64,000 bases of DNA from a virus: positions 1 through 64,000 of IMG/VR virus record IMGVR_UViG_3300032173_000003. One strand, written 5' to 3'. The translations under genes and the position numbers were made by a program. This document shows positions 1-9,448 of the stretch, in pieces (the stretch's first letter is position 1; the number at the start of each line of letters is the position of its first letter). A model generated the notes under the pieces. The model did no database searches. It had not been told where the DNA came from and saw only the letters and a list, made by a program, of their open reading frames with translations.

Positions 1-213
1 GATTTGTGAGTATAATATCATCTGGATGTCCCATCATTTTTCTTATAAAATTATTTTTTAAGTTGAGTAATGAGTAAATCAACTTTATCTTCAATACGAG
101 TAAGTCGTTCCTCAATAGTATCTATACGATACTCATCAATTGCTTCTTTTTTAACTGAATACGGGTCAATCGTTGCCATAGTTCCTTGTAGTGAATTGAG
201 TAGTTGTTCGTCG

Positions 214-420
214 TTAGTCATTTACCACCTCCATAAACTCATCATAAGACAAATCAACAAAATCTCCATAATACAATTTATTCACAATTTTATTCACCAT
301 TTCTAAATTAAAATATTTTTCTAATTCAGTTCTGGTTTCGCAGGATACTCTTCCGTGTCCGTCGTGAGTTGTTTTTAGTTTCTCAAAGGAACTCATATCA
401 AAAAAATTAGTTTCCGTCAT
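214..420 (-). CDS. hypothetical phage protein
   Basis: Part of a chain of tightly overlapping AT-rich minus-strand ORFs. Confidence 0.6.
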   Translation of the reverse strand: MTETNFFDMSSFEKLKTTHDGHGRVSCETRTELEKYFNLEMVNKIVNKLYYGDFVDLSYDEFMEVVND

Positions 421-607
421 TTTGTGTCTCCTCTGGTTCTATCCATTCTTTATAGTCATCTGCTTTTACCCATTCGGCAACTTTCCAATCACTCCATCCA
501 TTACCAGGACATAAAGCACCAGAAGCATCAACACCAAAAACAAAATGCCGATACTGAAAATCTGGACGGCACATCAGTCCATTATCAACCACTCGGATTT
601 CGATCAT
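407..607 (-). CDS. hypothetical phage protein
   Basis: Overlaps neighbouring ORFs in an operon-like chain. Confidence 0.6.
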   Translation of the reverse strand: MIEIRVVDNGLMCRPDFQYRHFVFGVDASGALCPGNGWSDWKVAEWVKADDYKEWIEPEETQNDGN

Positions 608-773
608 TCTTCATCTCCAAATCTAAAAGGATAAAGTTTTTTCACACCACCAGAAGCATACTTGATTTCATCTTCTAATTGACGAATATAAACGAAAATT
701 GAGTATGGAACCTCAAAGTGCTCTAACTCTTTGGTCTCATTATTGTAGCACGAAATGTAGGATTTACTCATTA

Positions 774-1151
774 TCAAACTCCCAGTAGTTCTCTTTCTCT
801 TTGAGAAAGTTTAGCAAGAACTCTTTGTCGTTCTCCTTCTTTCACTTCTTCTTGAAGTTTTTGAATATCGGCAATAATAAAATCAACTGCCTCATCAATA
901 TTTGAAACTTCTTTACTGAGTTCAAAATCCATCCTCAATAGTCTTGCCACCGTCTTGTGAAGAAAAACTGGTTGAGTAGAACCTTTACTAAACTGAATTT
1001 CATACTGAACTCCACCAGAGGCAAGACCAGAGCAAACATCAGCATAAGCAAATGTCACACCATAAGTTTTATCTTCGTCGTCAATAAAATGGATTTTATA
1101 TCCATATGTTTGAAGTTTGATTAAGGCATCAAAAAATTGTGTTAGGTTCAT
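774..1151 (-). CDS. hypothetical phage protein
   Basis: 125 aa; C-terminal VLAKLSQRERELLGV resembles the tail of 50443..50991 (ALAKLTDEEVNALGL). Confidence 0.7.
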   Translation of the reverse strand: MNLTQFFDALIKLQTYGYKIHFIDDEDKTYGVTFAYADVCSGLASGGVQYEIQFSKGSTQPVFLHKTVARLLRMDFELSKEVSNIDEAVDFIIADIQKLQEEVKEGERQRVLAKLSQRERELLGV

Positions 1152-1363
1152 TTCTGGTTCTTCTCTATAAGTTCATCAAGTTCAACTTTATTCAGGTTAT
1201 CACCAAGTTTCATATACTCATACCTCATTTTACAAATATCAGGTTTTTCTATACATTGAACTGTGGTATAATTTACTGCTTTTTCTGTTTCGTGCATAAA
1301 AATAGCAATTGGAACTCCTACTACAAATACGGTAATAAAAATAGCAGCAATACTACTAATCAT
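1148..1363 (-). CDS. small membrane protein, paralog of 1360..1566
   Basis: N-terminal TM helix; CIEKPDICKMRYEYMKL vs CMEQPKNCKISYEYLKL; ATGA overlaps. Confidence 0.7.
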   Translation of the reverse strand: MISSIAAIFITVFVVGVPIAIFMHETEKAVNYTTVQCIEKPDICKMRYEYMKLGDNLNKVELDELIEKNQK

Positions 1364-1566
1364 TTCTGGTTCTCCTGAAGTTTTAGATATTCATAAGAAA
1401 TCTTACAATTCTTTGGTTGTTCCATACAGAACACAATACCTTGATTTTTTCCATCTACCACACCATCATCAAAACCAACACGAACACCTGTAAGAAATAC
1501 AACAGCAGAGCTTGCGAGAACGGCAATACAAGTTATTCCAGATAAAACAGCATTATCATCGTTCAT
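1360..1566 (-). CDS. small membrane protein, paralog of 1148..1363
   Basis: TM helix plus CxExPxxCKxxYEY motif; both end in NQK. Confidence 0.7.
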   Translation of the reverse strand: MNDDNAVLSGITCIAVLASSAVVFLTGVRVGFDDGVVDGKNQGIVFCMEQPKNCKISYEYLKLQENQK

Positions 1567-1784
1567 TCCAGTTCCTCCAATTCATTAGCAAGTTCATAAA
1601 GCACCCGAGCATCAACTACCATATCCTCTACACCTTCTTCTTCACAACACTGGTAATACTTAAACTCATTCACAATCTCACGAATACCAGCAGCAAGAGA
1701 AAGTTCTTCGTGATTTGGAAACTTATTACTTTCCACCCACTTATCTTCCCAAGCACGATAAATTTTTTTTGCTCGTTCAGTCAT
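1563..1784 (-). CDS. hypothetical phage protein
   Basis: ATGA overlap; ends LYELANELEELE like other small ORFs in this window. Confidence 0.65.
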   Translation of the reverse strand: MTERAKKIYRAWEDKWVESNKFPNHEELSLAAGIREIVNEFKYYQCCEEEGVEDMVVDARVLYELANELEELE

Positions 1785-2013
1785 TTGGTTTCTCCACAGA
1801 TACTTCTACTTCAATTTCACTCATAATCTTTTGAAGTTTATTGAGCATACCGTCTCTTGCTTCTTTTGTAGCAACACCACTCCAACTGCTACCAAATTGT
1901 AAAGAGTGGATTATAGTGTCTGTGAGAATGTAAAGGTCTAACCCGGTAAGTCGCATAAAATTGATTTTGTAATAAAAATATTATACCAGAAACAAACACG
2001 AGGTTCAAGTGCC

Positions 2014-2037
2014 CTTGTGCCAGTTCTTCAAGTGTCC
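2014..2037. repeat. 24-bp dispersed repeat upstream of a promoter (copy 1)
   Basis: CTTGTGCCAGTTCTTCAAGTGTCC, identical at 4552..4575. Confidence 0.8.
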
Positions 2038-2138
2038 TTCGCTCATAATGCCTCCAGTGCTTGAAGGATTTTATCAGTGTCCCGGTGACCCGCACCACAC
2101 TGTTGCAGGGTTCGTAGTTGCTCCAGTGCCGCTGTCAT

Positions 2139-2873
2139 TCAGGTCACCATCCTTGTGTTTTTTGTTGGGTCTTCGTCAAAGGCTTCAGGCCCTGGCAGCC
2201 GCTCGCTCACCGGCACCGGCTGGATGGCGGGTGTGCCCCAGCGGGCAAGGACGGCGCGGGCGAAGTCAATCAGCTCTTCGCCATTAGCCTCAAGTTCTTT
2301 GCTGTCAACGCGGATGTGGACATAGCCAAGCGCATTAGAGGCCGCTTCCAGCAGATCCTCATCCGTTGGCGCCACCGGCACCGGCTGGATGGCGGGTGTG
2401 CCCCAGCGGGCAAGAGCTTCCGCAATAGCGTTTTCAAAGCCAACCTGTGAACCTTCGCCCATGTGGCGATAGAACAGTTCAGTTACGTCATCATCCGTTG
2501 GCGCCACCGGCTCGGGCTGAGCCAGGGCGGCCCCCATGCGGTAGGTCTGATTGAATAGCTCCCGTCCGATTGGGTATTCCTCACCTTGCACCCCACGCAT
2601 GATTAGATCATCGGGGCGCAGAGGTGTAATCCCTTCGCGGGTGCTGCTGTGGGTTTCGCCTGGTCGCTGCTCACGAACATGAACGGTGATCGGGAGCTTT
2701 ACGCAAGGTTGCCATTCGGGACCAATTACCGTTGGCGCCACCGGCTCGGACTGGGCTAGGGCGGCGCGGGCGCGGGCAATCAATGCTGCATATCGGTCAT
2801 CGTCAGTTTCCCATTGCCAGTCGTTAAGGGCTGGGGTCAACTCAGCGCAAAGGGCGCGGTAGTCGGTGCTCAC
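2139..2873 (-). CDS. mosaic modular hypothetical protein
   Basis: TDYRALCAEL, ARAALAQ.EPVAPT and ARWGTPAIQPVPV modules; 42-bp exact repeat 2208..2249 = 2373..2414. Confidence 0.75.
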   Translation of the reverse strand: MSTDYRALCAELTPALNDWQWETDDDRYAALIARARAALAQSEPVAPTVIGPEWQPCVKLPITVHVREQRPGETHSSTREGITPLRPDDLIMRGVQGEEYPIGRELFNQTYRMGAALAQPEPVAPTDDDVTELFYRHMGEGSQVGFENAIAEALARWGTPAIQPVPVAPTDEDLLEAASNALGYVHIRVDSKELEANGEELIDFARAVLARWGTPAIQPVPVSERLPGPEAFDEDPTKNTRMVT

Positions 2874-3154
2874 GCCTCCACCTCCAGCTCGGCGGCAAGT
2901 TCGCGCAAGAACTGATAGCTAAAAGCAATTCCATCACGTAATCCAGTAGCGTAATTTTCACCACCCCACTCTTCCTTGGGTACGCAACCTGCAGCAGCGC
3001 GGAGGACGGCCTTGGCGCGGTCGGCGGCTTGAGAGGAGTCCTTTGCCCATAAAGCCCGGTGATTGTCGTTGGCAGTCCGATTGCTCAGACCGTTTGCAGC
3101 ACGGGTGAGTTCGTAGATCAGTTCAGCGCACAGGGCGCGGTAGTCGGTGGTCAT
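2870..3154 (-). CDS. modular hypothetical protein
   Basis: TDYRALCAEL N-terminus, LAAELE C-terminus. Confidence 0.7.
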   Translation of the reverse strand: MTTDYRALCAELIYELTRAANGLSNRTANDNHRALWAKDSSQAADRAKAVLRAAAGCVPKEEWGGENYATGLRDGIAFSYQFLRELAAELEVEA

Positions 3155-3396
3155 TGCAGAAAGTCCTCACGGATGATTTGGGGCGGTGGGAATTGTGGCT
3201 TGGGGGGATCGTCATCGTCGCGGTCTATGGCAATCAGCCGGTCCATCTTGTCCTGGTGAGGTTGCTGCGCAGCCTCCAACGCCTCGATGCGGGCGCGGAG
3301 TTCAAGCAGGGCCGTGGATTCGGCGCTGCCCAGCGTCTGGCCTTGGCGTTGCAGCAACTTCCACTGCTCAGGCGTGGCGCGGTGCTGGCTAGTCAT
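3151..3396 (-). CDS. modular hypothetical protein
   Basis: QHRATPEQW...RIEALEAAQ...QDKMDRLIAIDRDD, shared with 45818..46549. Confidence 0.7.
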   Translation of the reverse strand: MTSQHRATPEQWKLLQRQGQTLGSAESTALLELRARIEALEAAQQPHQDKMDRLIAIDRDDDDPPKPQFPPPQIIREDFLQ

Positions 3397-4078
3397 CGAG
3401 GGCCTCCACCACGGGCGCTTCGCTAATTAGGCGCAGCAGCAGGTCACGTTGTGACAATCGAGCATCAGCATCAACACCATAAACAGCAGCGGCAGCAGCA
3501 GCAGCAGTAGCATTAGCAGCACGAGCAGCAGCACGAGCAGCATAGGAATTAGCACCATAAGCAACAGCACGAGCGGCAGCAGCGGCAGCAGCGGCAGCAG
3601 CGGCAGCAGCGGCATTAGCACCATAAGCAACAACACGAGCAGCAGCAGCAGCGGCCCATTCTTGGCCGCTAGCAAGCAGGTCCATTCCTGTAATTACAGG
3701 GTCAATGACTGCTTGAATTTTGGCAGGCTGCTTAGGCAATGAACGCAGCTCAGCAGCCAAAAACTGCCAGCCAACGTTAGTTAAATTTTTGCCATCACAA
3801 TTCACTGCACTAGGGAGCGCGGCAAAGAACTTCTTGGCTTCATCAGCAGGCAACGCTTCAAAAATGTTTTCAGCAATACGTTGCACCATTACGGGCAAGC
3901 CGTAGGCGGTTTCGTTAAATGCTGGATTATCCTCGTGGGCAAGGCAACCAATAAAGCAGCCCGACTTACTGACTGCATCCCAGTAAGCACCTTGCACTAT
4001 GGAGTCAGCGGCAACATGAGCAGCCACTTCCTGGCGCAGTTTGTCTGTGTTTTTGGTGAGCATGGGCTTAGTCATCAT
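3389..4078 (-). CDS. hypothetical protein with Ala-rich repeat tail
   Basis: Globular N-terminus (GCFIGCLAH) then AAAARxVAYGAN repeats; start taken at MMTKP. Confidence 0.7.
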   Translation of the reverse strand: MMTKPMLTKNTDKLRQEVAAHVAADSIVQGAYWDAVSKSGCFIGCLAHEDNPAFNETAYGLPVMVQRIAENIFEALPADEAKKFFAALPSAVNCDGKNLTNVGWQFLAAELRSLPKQPAKIQAVIDPVITGMDLLASGQEWAAAAAARVVAYGANAAAAAAAAAAAAAARAVAYGANSYAARAAARAANATAAAAAAAVYGVDADARLSQRDLLLRLISEAPVVEALDD

Positions 4079-4159
4079 CCTTATAGATAAATTTTTGTGC
4101 GATAAATTCACCAACAAAAGTCCCAACAAGACCACCAAGTAGAAACAAGAATAGAGTAG

Positions 4160-4492
4160 TCATTTCAGTGTCTCCAGTTCAATAATAGTGGCAAGCATCA
4201 TAGAACGGGTCTGTTGTCGTTGTTCCCAACGAAGGTTCAGTTCATCCTGACGAAATTGACGACGAAGATGAGCACTGTGGTTATAATGGAGTTTTCCTAC
4301 TTTCCCTTTTGGTGCCCACGCAGGAGTAGGTTCACAATCAAATACTGCTTCCGGTGCTTCAGTTTCTCCGGGAACTACAGAATCTACAAAAACACGAAGA
4401 GCAGCAGCAAGGTCAAACAAGTCCATGTCTTGCGTACCCTCACGATAGAAGGCATCTACAACTGCTTGTGTTTCGGAAGTAAGTTCAGTCAT
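4160..4492 (-). CDS. hypothetical protein (AQAVxDA...AAALR module family)
   Basis: Module shared with 9221, 35313, 39567 and 45368 ORFs; promoter upstream. Confidence 0.7.
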   Translation of the reverse strand: MTELTSETQAVVDAFYREGTQDMDLFDLAAALRVFVDSVVPGETEAPEAVFDCEPTPAWAPKGKVGKLHYNHSAHLRRQFRQDELNLRWEQRQQTRSMMLATIIELETLK

Positions 4493-4551
4493 AAGAGTTC
4501 CTTTGTGTGTATGAGTGTATTATAGGGCATCCACAGGGGGACTGGTGGGGT

Positions 4552-4575
4552 CTTGTGCCAGTTCTTCAAGTGTCC
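4552..4575. repeat. 24-bp dispersed repeat upstream of a promoter (copy 2)
   Basis: Identical to 2014..2037. Confidence 0.8.
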
Positions 4576-4584
4576 AACAGTTCT

Positions 4585-4773
4585 TTAGTTCGGATTGACG
4601 TAACTGGGCAGAGTGATGTAACTACAGGGCCTTATGGTTTCCCCACCTTGATAAATGCCATGAAAGAAAATTTCAGGGGTACCCTCCAGCATTTCAAACT
4701 CTGCACCATGTCGTTGCAGCAATTCGTTGAAGTCCCGCAGAAAATCCTGGTGCAGTTGTTCGGTGTCAGCCAT
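4585..4773 (-). CDS. hypothetical protein
   Basis: ATG ORF in the gene chain. Confidence 0.55.
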   Translation of the reverse strand: MADTEQLHQDFLRDFNELLQRHGAEFEMLEGTPEIFFHGIYQGGETIRPCSYITLPSYVNPN

Positions 4774-4860
4774 CTGGTGTTAGCAAGTTGATCCCTGAGT
4801 TAAGTGTAGCCTTTCCCCCACGGGAAAGAAAGGGCGGGTAACCGTCCCTGTGCCGGTTTA

Positions 4861-5136
4861 TCAATCGTCGGCATTTTCAGTGTAGCTTTCACTACGGTAA
4901 GTAACCAAATTTCTACAGAACCAAGAAAAAACATCAACAGAAACACTATACTTCCAGATATGGAGGTCAAATCCAAACAAGGAAGAGTGCCCGACATTTA
5001 CAAGCAAACCCGAACTTCCGGCATATTCATTAAGGTCAATATTGAACTGAAGTAAGCATAATCGTTTGATTTGTAGAATATTCAGGTAATATTCTTTGCC
5101 GTAATCCTCAACAACCAGATAATCAATTAGTTTCAT
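4861..5136 (-). CDS. hypothetical protein
   Basis: Overlapping gene chain. Confidence 0.6.
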   Translation of the reverse strand: MKLIDYLVVEDYGKEYYLNILQIKRLCLLQFNIDLNEYAGSSGLLVNVGHSSLFGFDLHIWKYSVSVDVFSWFCRNLVTYRSESYTENADD

Positions 5137-5395
5137 TTTCCTTAATTTCTTTGGATAGGTCCATCATACCACTACAGTCAAGAAAATACTTGTAGTCGGC
5201 AAGCATACTAGAATGCCACTGAACGACATCGCAACCTTTATATTGCTCAATAACCGTAAAAGTGGACTTTGGTGCTTCTGATTCCGATTCGTTTGGACCA
5301 AACGCAACGCTAAGGACCGCATAAACCAGAGAAAAGAATGCCACGCCGGTAACCGTTCCAAGTAGTGCAGATCGATAGAAGTCAGCTTTAGTCAC
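5123..5395 (-). CDS. small membrane-anchored protein
   Basis: TM helix then FTVIEQYKGCDVVQW...YFLDC. Confidence 0.65.
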   Translation of the reverse strand: MTKADFYRSALLGTVTGVAFFSLVYAVLSVAFGPNESESEAPKSTFTVIEQYKGCDVVQWHSSMLADYKYFLDCSGMMDLSKEIKENETN

Positions 5396-5688
5396 TTTAG
5401 AATTTCCTCAGCTTTCAATTTACCGTAATTCCCCTCGTTGAGCATTTCCATCACGTACCCTTCAAAGTCAGTGGCACCGGATTCACAAATATAGTGCCCC
5501 TGATCTTCTTGACCCTCAGTATAATTACCCAGGTAATCCCCAAGGATTAGAAAGATTGCCATGGCACGAGCCTTGTCGTGATCCGTAATAACCCCGTGGG
5601 GGTGAGCTACTACCCGTGTAATGCAGTCAAACAACTCTTCACGGGTGTAAGAGAATGCTTTTGCTTCTTCATTCAATTGGTAAGTCAT
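5392..5688 (-). CDS. hypothetical protein
   Basis: 4-bp overlap with the downstream gene. Confidence 0.65.
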   Translation of the reverse strand: MTYQLNEEAKAFSYTREELFDCITRVVAHPHGVITDHDKARAMAIFLILGDYLGNYTEGQEDQGHYICESGATDFEGYVMEMLNEGNYGKLKAEEILK

Positions 5689-5752
5689 TCCGCTCCTCGT
5701 GGCGATGGGATTTTATGTTGCCTAGTGAAAGTTCACCAATCATACTACGCTA

Positions 5753-6250
5753 TTATAGCACATTATCTATAAATCTTTCATATTCTCTAAATGCTTCTCT
5801 CAATCCAGCATCAACTTGCTCTGGTGTTTGTGAAGTTGGTTCATAACCTACGGTAACTCCTTTTGGTCCTGGTCCAGGTACAACAAGTCCTTGAATACCT
5901 TGAGCACATATTGGTCCTTGTGGGGTTAGATAATCTTCCACACTCTCATTTGGATGTTCCTCACACCATTTCACACTCTCACGAATAACATCCCATTTTT
6001 GTTCTTTTTCTTTTGGTTGATACTCTCCGACCTTGTAATCTGTTTGTGCTTCCTCATAACCATTCCGAAAGTTATTCCAAGTACTATCATAGTAGGTTCC
6101 ATAATCATCTACTTCGTCATTTGGGTAACGACCATAAACTCTTTTGTATGCGATTTCACACGGAGTTTTGTGCTTCTCCATTTCTTTGAGAAGTTCCAGT
6201 TTCGCAGTCAAAACTTCAATTTCTTTTTTAGTTTTTTCAATTTCCGTCAT
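5753..6250 (-). CDS. hypothetical phage protein
   Basis: Coiled-coil start MTEIEKT; overlaps the upstream ORF. Confidence 0.65.
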   Translation of the reverse strand: MTEIEKTKKEIEVLTAKLELLKEMEKHKTPCEIAYKRVYGRYPNDEVDDYGTYYDSTWNNFRNGYEEAQTDYKVGEYQPKEKEQKWDVIRESVKWCEEHPNESVEDYLTPQGPICAQGIQGLVVPGPGPKGVTVGYEPTSQTPEQVDAGLREAFREYERFIDNVL

Positions 6251-6470
6251 TTTCTTTCTCACAAGGGTATTCAAACTTTTCACCGATTTGTTCTAATAGA
6301 GTGCGGGCAAAGGTAATCTCACCATAATCAGTACCATCATCAAAGGCATTATCATAATTACCAGCACTTGGAGTGTAATCTTCTTCATACTCATAGCAGT
6401 GCTTCCTTTCTGCGGATTCTTTGATAAGTTTGGTAAGATACGCAAATGAAAATTCTCTTTCGTCAGTCAT
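6237..6470 (-). CDS. hypothetical protein
   Basis: Gene chain; start taken at MTDERE. Confidence 0.6.
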   Translation of the reverse strand: MTDEREFSFAYLTKLIKESAERKHCYEYEEDYTPSAGNYDNAFDDGTDYGEITFARTLLEQIGEKFEYPCEKENDGN

Positions 6471-6648
6471 TTTCAGTCCCTCCATAATAATGTTGTGCGT
6501 TGAGTGTTCTCCACATTACAATCTGTTCAAAACATTCTCCAAGAGAACGGCAAACAAAACTCTCTTCATCAATTCCATCTGGACCGTCCCAGATCGTTGC
6601 CGTGTATCCTTTGGTTGGATGTGGGGTACAAGTGATTTCAATTTTCAT
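6463..6648 (-). CDS. hypothetical protein
   Basis: Gene chain. Confidence 0.6.
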   Translation of the reverse strand: MKIEITCTPHPTKGYTATIWDGPDGIDEESFVCRSLGECFEQIVMWRTLNAQHYYGGTEND

Positions 6649-6852
6649 TTTCTTCTCTTAAATCTCTAATGACAAAAGCAATATCCGCAACATCCACAAC
6701 TGCGTTACCGTAAAGTGCTGGCTGATATGCAAATTCCTTGAGCACAAACCCCAAAATACTCGCAACACAATGGCGGTCGGTGGAATGCCGGTCCAGGTTT
6801 GGATAGTTTTTGTAAAACTCATCCATTATTTTGTTGTCAGGGCTACTCATGT

Positions 6853-7116
6853 CTACAAAACCTCGCACAACCCGAGTACTTGATACTTGGTTATGAATCC
6901 ACGTGTTGTGTACTTAACTTTGTAGGAATCAATCCAGTTTTTAGCCCCGTCTTTGGATTCAAACGGGCCAAAGTTCCTGTAGAACGCATCACCCCTTCCC
7001 CCGCCCTCCTTAAAGGGATTGGCGGTATAGGTTGTTACAACCCACTGGTGAGAGTGTTTCGGGTAGCTGTCGTTCTCTCTGATAAACTGGTAGCAATCTT
7101 CTTTGGTTTTTATCAT
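6853..7116 (-). CDS. hypothetical protein
   Basis: ATG ORF, 87 aa. Confidence 0.55.
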   Translation of the reverse strand: MIKTKEDCYQFIRENDSYPKHSHQWVVTTYTANPFKEGGGRGDAFYRNFGPFESKDGAKNWIDSYKVKYTTRGFITKYQVLGLCEVL

Positions 7117-7166
7117 CGGCTAGGGGGGGGACAGTTCATAAAGTGTAGCAGGCTCAGTCTAGGTTG

Positions 7167-7460
7167 TCAAGACGAAAGAATATAACCAACACCGTGACAA
7201 GTTTCGCAGTCATAAAGATAACATTCACCCCAAGAATACTCTGGGGGCAAGTTATTCTCATCGAAGTCAGCAGCGAATTGATCACTTACATCTTTGAACC
7301 GCTCATTGTTTTGGTCTGGGTCATTTGCTAGGACATAGTGAAGTGTCCAGATCTCGCCGGCAGTTCCACAATCAGGGCACTTGCGAGTTTCGGTTTTACC
7401 CTTGATAATGTTGCGAAGTTTCTCGGGCGTAAGACGAACCTCTTCTTCAGAAATTTCCAT
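7167..7460 (-). CDS. zinc-finger protein (DnaJ-like CxxCxGxG)
   Basis: CPDCGTAG ... CETCHGVG. Confidence 0.65.
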   Translation of the reverse strand: MEISEEEVRLTPEKLRNIIKGKTETRKCPDCGTAGEIWTLHYVLANDPDQNNERFKDVSDQFAADFDENNLPPEYSWGECYLYDCETCHGVGYILSS

Positions 7461-7889
7461 TGGTTTGACTCTGTGTTACAGAACTATGAAACATCGACAT
7501 TAAGCTCTTTTAGGATTTCATTCGCAAGGGCTCGCCTACCTTGAATCCATCCGTCAGCGAACAACTCATCACCCTTAATGAAAACTTTAGTTTCCTGGCC
7601 CTTGGAGACACTTGTCAACAAAGTAACGACCTTGAAAATACCGCTCAGCAAAGGTTTAGCCATCGTCAGACCTTGATAGGGGGGTTTGAGAGGTCAAAGG
7701 AGAGGCCAGCCTTCAAAGCCTCTTGCATTGCGCTGAACTCGTACATAGATTGGCTAAATAGGGTCCACAGGGGGATCTTCTTAGGGTTATCCGGAGAGGA
7801 ATGTGGGCAAGTCACATCCTCATCTGGGTCACCACCATAAATCAAAACAAGCTTGCGGGCTGCAACTTCTACGGCCTTATCAGAAAAGG

Positions 7890-8384
7890 TCATTGTGCGG
7901 TTTCAAGAGGGGGTAAGGGGAGGGGTACAGCACCGGGTTTAGCCTTTGGGACATTAACCCGTTGCATCTTGGGGGGACCGGCCTGGGCATCGGCCGAGAG
8001 CCCGTCACGGATAGGGACAGGGGGCGGTGGAGCCGCCATCGCAGGGGCAACAGGGACGTTATCAAAGGGGGTATCTGCAGGAAAGCCCGAATCTGAAATA
8101 CTGACTAACAGATCATTAAGGCAGTCAGTATAGGGGGGCATTTCTCCCGTACTAATAATTCTCTTACCAAGTTCGCTACGTTGACTGCTTACCCAATTTG
8201 AAACAATTATAGCAATCCTGTCGGACCAAAACTCTGCCGCACCTTCATCGTTGCCCTCATCAATGAAGGCATCGTAGATGGTACCACGAATTGAGTTTGA
8301 CCCTCTGCGTAACCTGTCGAGTTCCCGCATCAAGGTTGAAATCTGCTGCTCAATCTGCGAAATCGCCTGTTCTGTATTTGGCAT
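7890..8384 (-). CDS. hypothetical protein with Pro-rich C-terminus
   Basis: 164 aa; promoter at about 8406-8432. Confidence 0.65.
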   Translation of the reverse strand: MPNTEQAISQIEQQISTLMRELDRLRRGSNSIRGTIYDAFIDEGNDEGAAEFWSDRIAIIVSNWVSSQRSELGKRIISTGEMPPYTDCLNDLLVSISDSGFPADTPFDNVPVAPAMAAPPPPVPIRDGLSADAQAGPPKMQRVNVPKAKPGAVPLPLPPLETAQ

Positions 8385-8468
8385 TGGTTCTAGGGTGATG
8401 CTTCTAGTATAGCAGGCTCAGGCGTCAAGGTAAATCCCTCCGCCCAAACCTGTCCTCAAGTTCGCCAT

Positions 8469-9224
8469 TCATATAATGTTGCAAAAGAGAATTTGTGTCC
8501 AGCGAGACACAAGCATGTCTGCGTACTGTTGGCGAGTAGGGGGATTTGATTGGGGGTCGTCCGGGTTGTACAGTCCCAGGGACCAACCGTCATTGATTTC
8601 AACTAAGCTGTAGCAACCTAGATTGGGCCTCCAACCAATGTCAATTGAATATGCCCCTGGTCCGATATCCCTATGAAACTCATCCATAATTGACTCGACA
8701 AGGCTGAAGTCAGGTTCGGGATTAGTAACTGAAAGGTCATCATAACGAGCCCACCCTTGTATTTTGCTACCGTTTACAAAATCGTGAATGTAAAAGCGAA
8801 ACTCTGACTCAAAGGTGACGGGTTCACAAATCCACACAGGAGTCTCAGGGTCGATAGAGTCGGGTTTCTCATCTTCAAGGATCGATTTGATGTTACCAGT
8901 AAATGTCTTTGTCTCAATAGGCTTGACAAACTCTGAGAAGAGTGCTTCCTTGTATAGCCCTTCTTGAACCTTGCGATACAGGTAAGGGTGGAACTGCTCA
9001 GGGTATGAGAGGTTTATAGGCAAGTTCAGACCCATGTGGTCACAATAAGCACGGGTAAACTCCACGGAACCTACCGGAACGAACTTTAGTTTTGATTCCT
9101 CTGGGTTCAGCTTCGAAATGTCGTCAAACTTGCAAAACTGCGAGGGATAACTTGAGAAGTTACAAGCTATCTTTTCGGCGGACATGACCTCACCAGCCTG
9201 TAGCAAAAAGACAGGGTCTCTCAT
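8469..9224 (-). CDS. ATP-grasp domain protein (DUF4343/R2K-like)
   Basis: PVGSVEF, FVKP..K.FTG, EFRFYI, YSIDIG, LVEIND.WSLGLY motifs. Confidence 0.8.
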   Translation of the reverse strand: MRDPVFLLQAGEVMSAEKIACNFSSYPSQFCKFDDISKLNPEESKLKFVPVGSVEFTRAYCDHMGLNLPINLSYPEQFHPYLYRKVQEGLYKEALFSEFVKPIETKTFTGNIKSILEDEKPDSIDPETPVWICEPVTFESEFRFYIHDFVNGSKIQGWARYDDLSVTNPEPDFSLVESIMDEFHRDIGPGAYSIDIGWRPNLGCYSLVEINDGWSLGLYNPDDPQSNPPTRQQYADMLVSRWTQILFCNII

Positions 9225-9448
9225 TGGAAGAAATCCTCAGCAATGGCAAACAGTTTACAAGAGCAAAGCTTTTCTGCTTCACCCTCAGGACTGCTCATAA
9301 GTAGCGCTGTAGCCAAGGCTTTAACTACCTTGGCCAAAGATTCGGGATTGGCGTAGGGGCCGGAAGATCCGGGCACAGCGTTATAAACATCCACAAGTAC
9401 TTGAGCTGCCGGAGACAACTCCTTGGTCACTTTAGGTTGGTAGGACAT
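9221..9448 (-). CDS. hypothetical protein (LSPAAQ module family)
   Basis: LSPAAQ...LFAIAE module. Confidence 0.6.
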   Translation of the reverse strand: MSYQPKVTKELSPAAQVLVDVYNAVPGSSGPYANPESLAKVVKALATALLMSSPEGEAEKLCSCKLFAIAEDFFQ

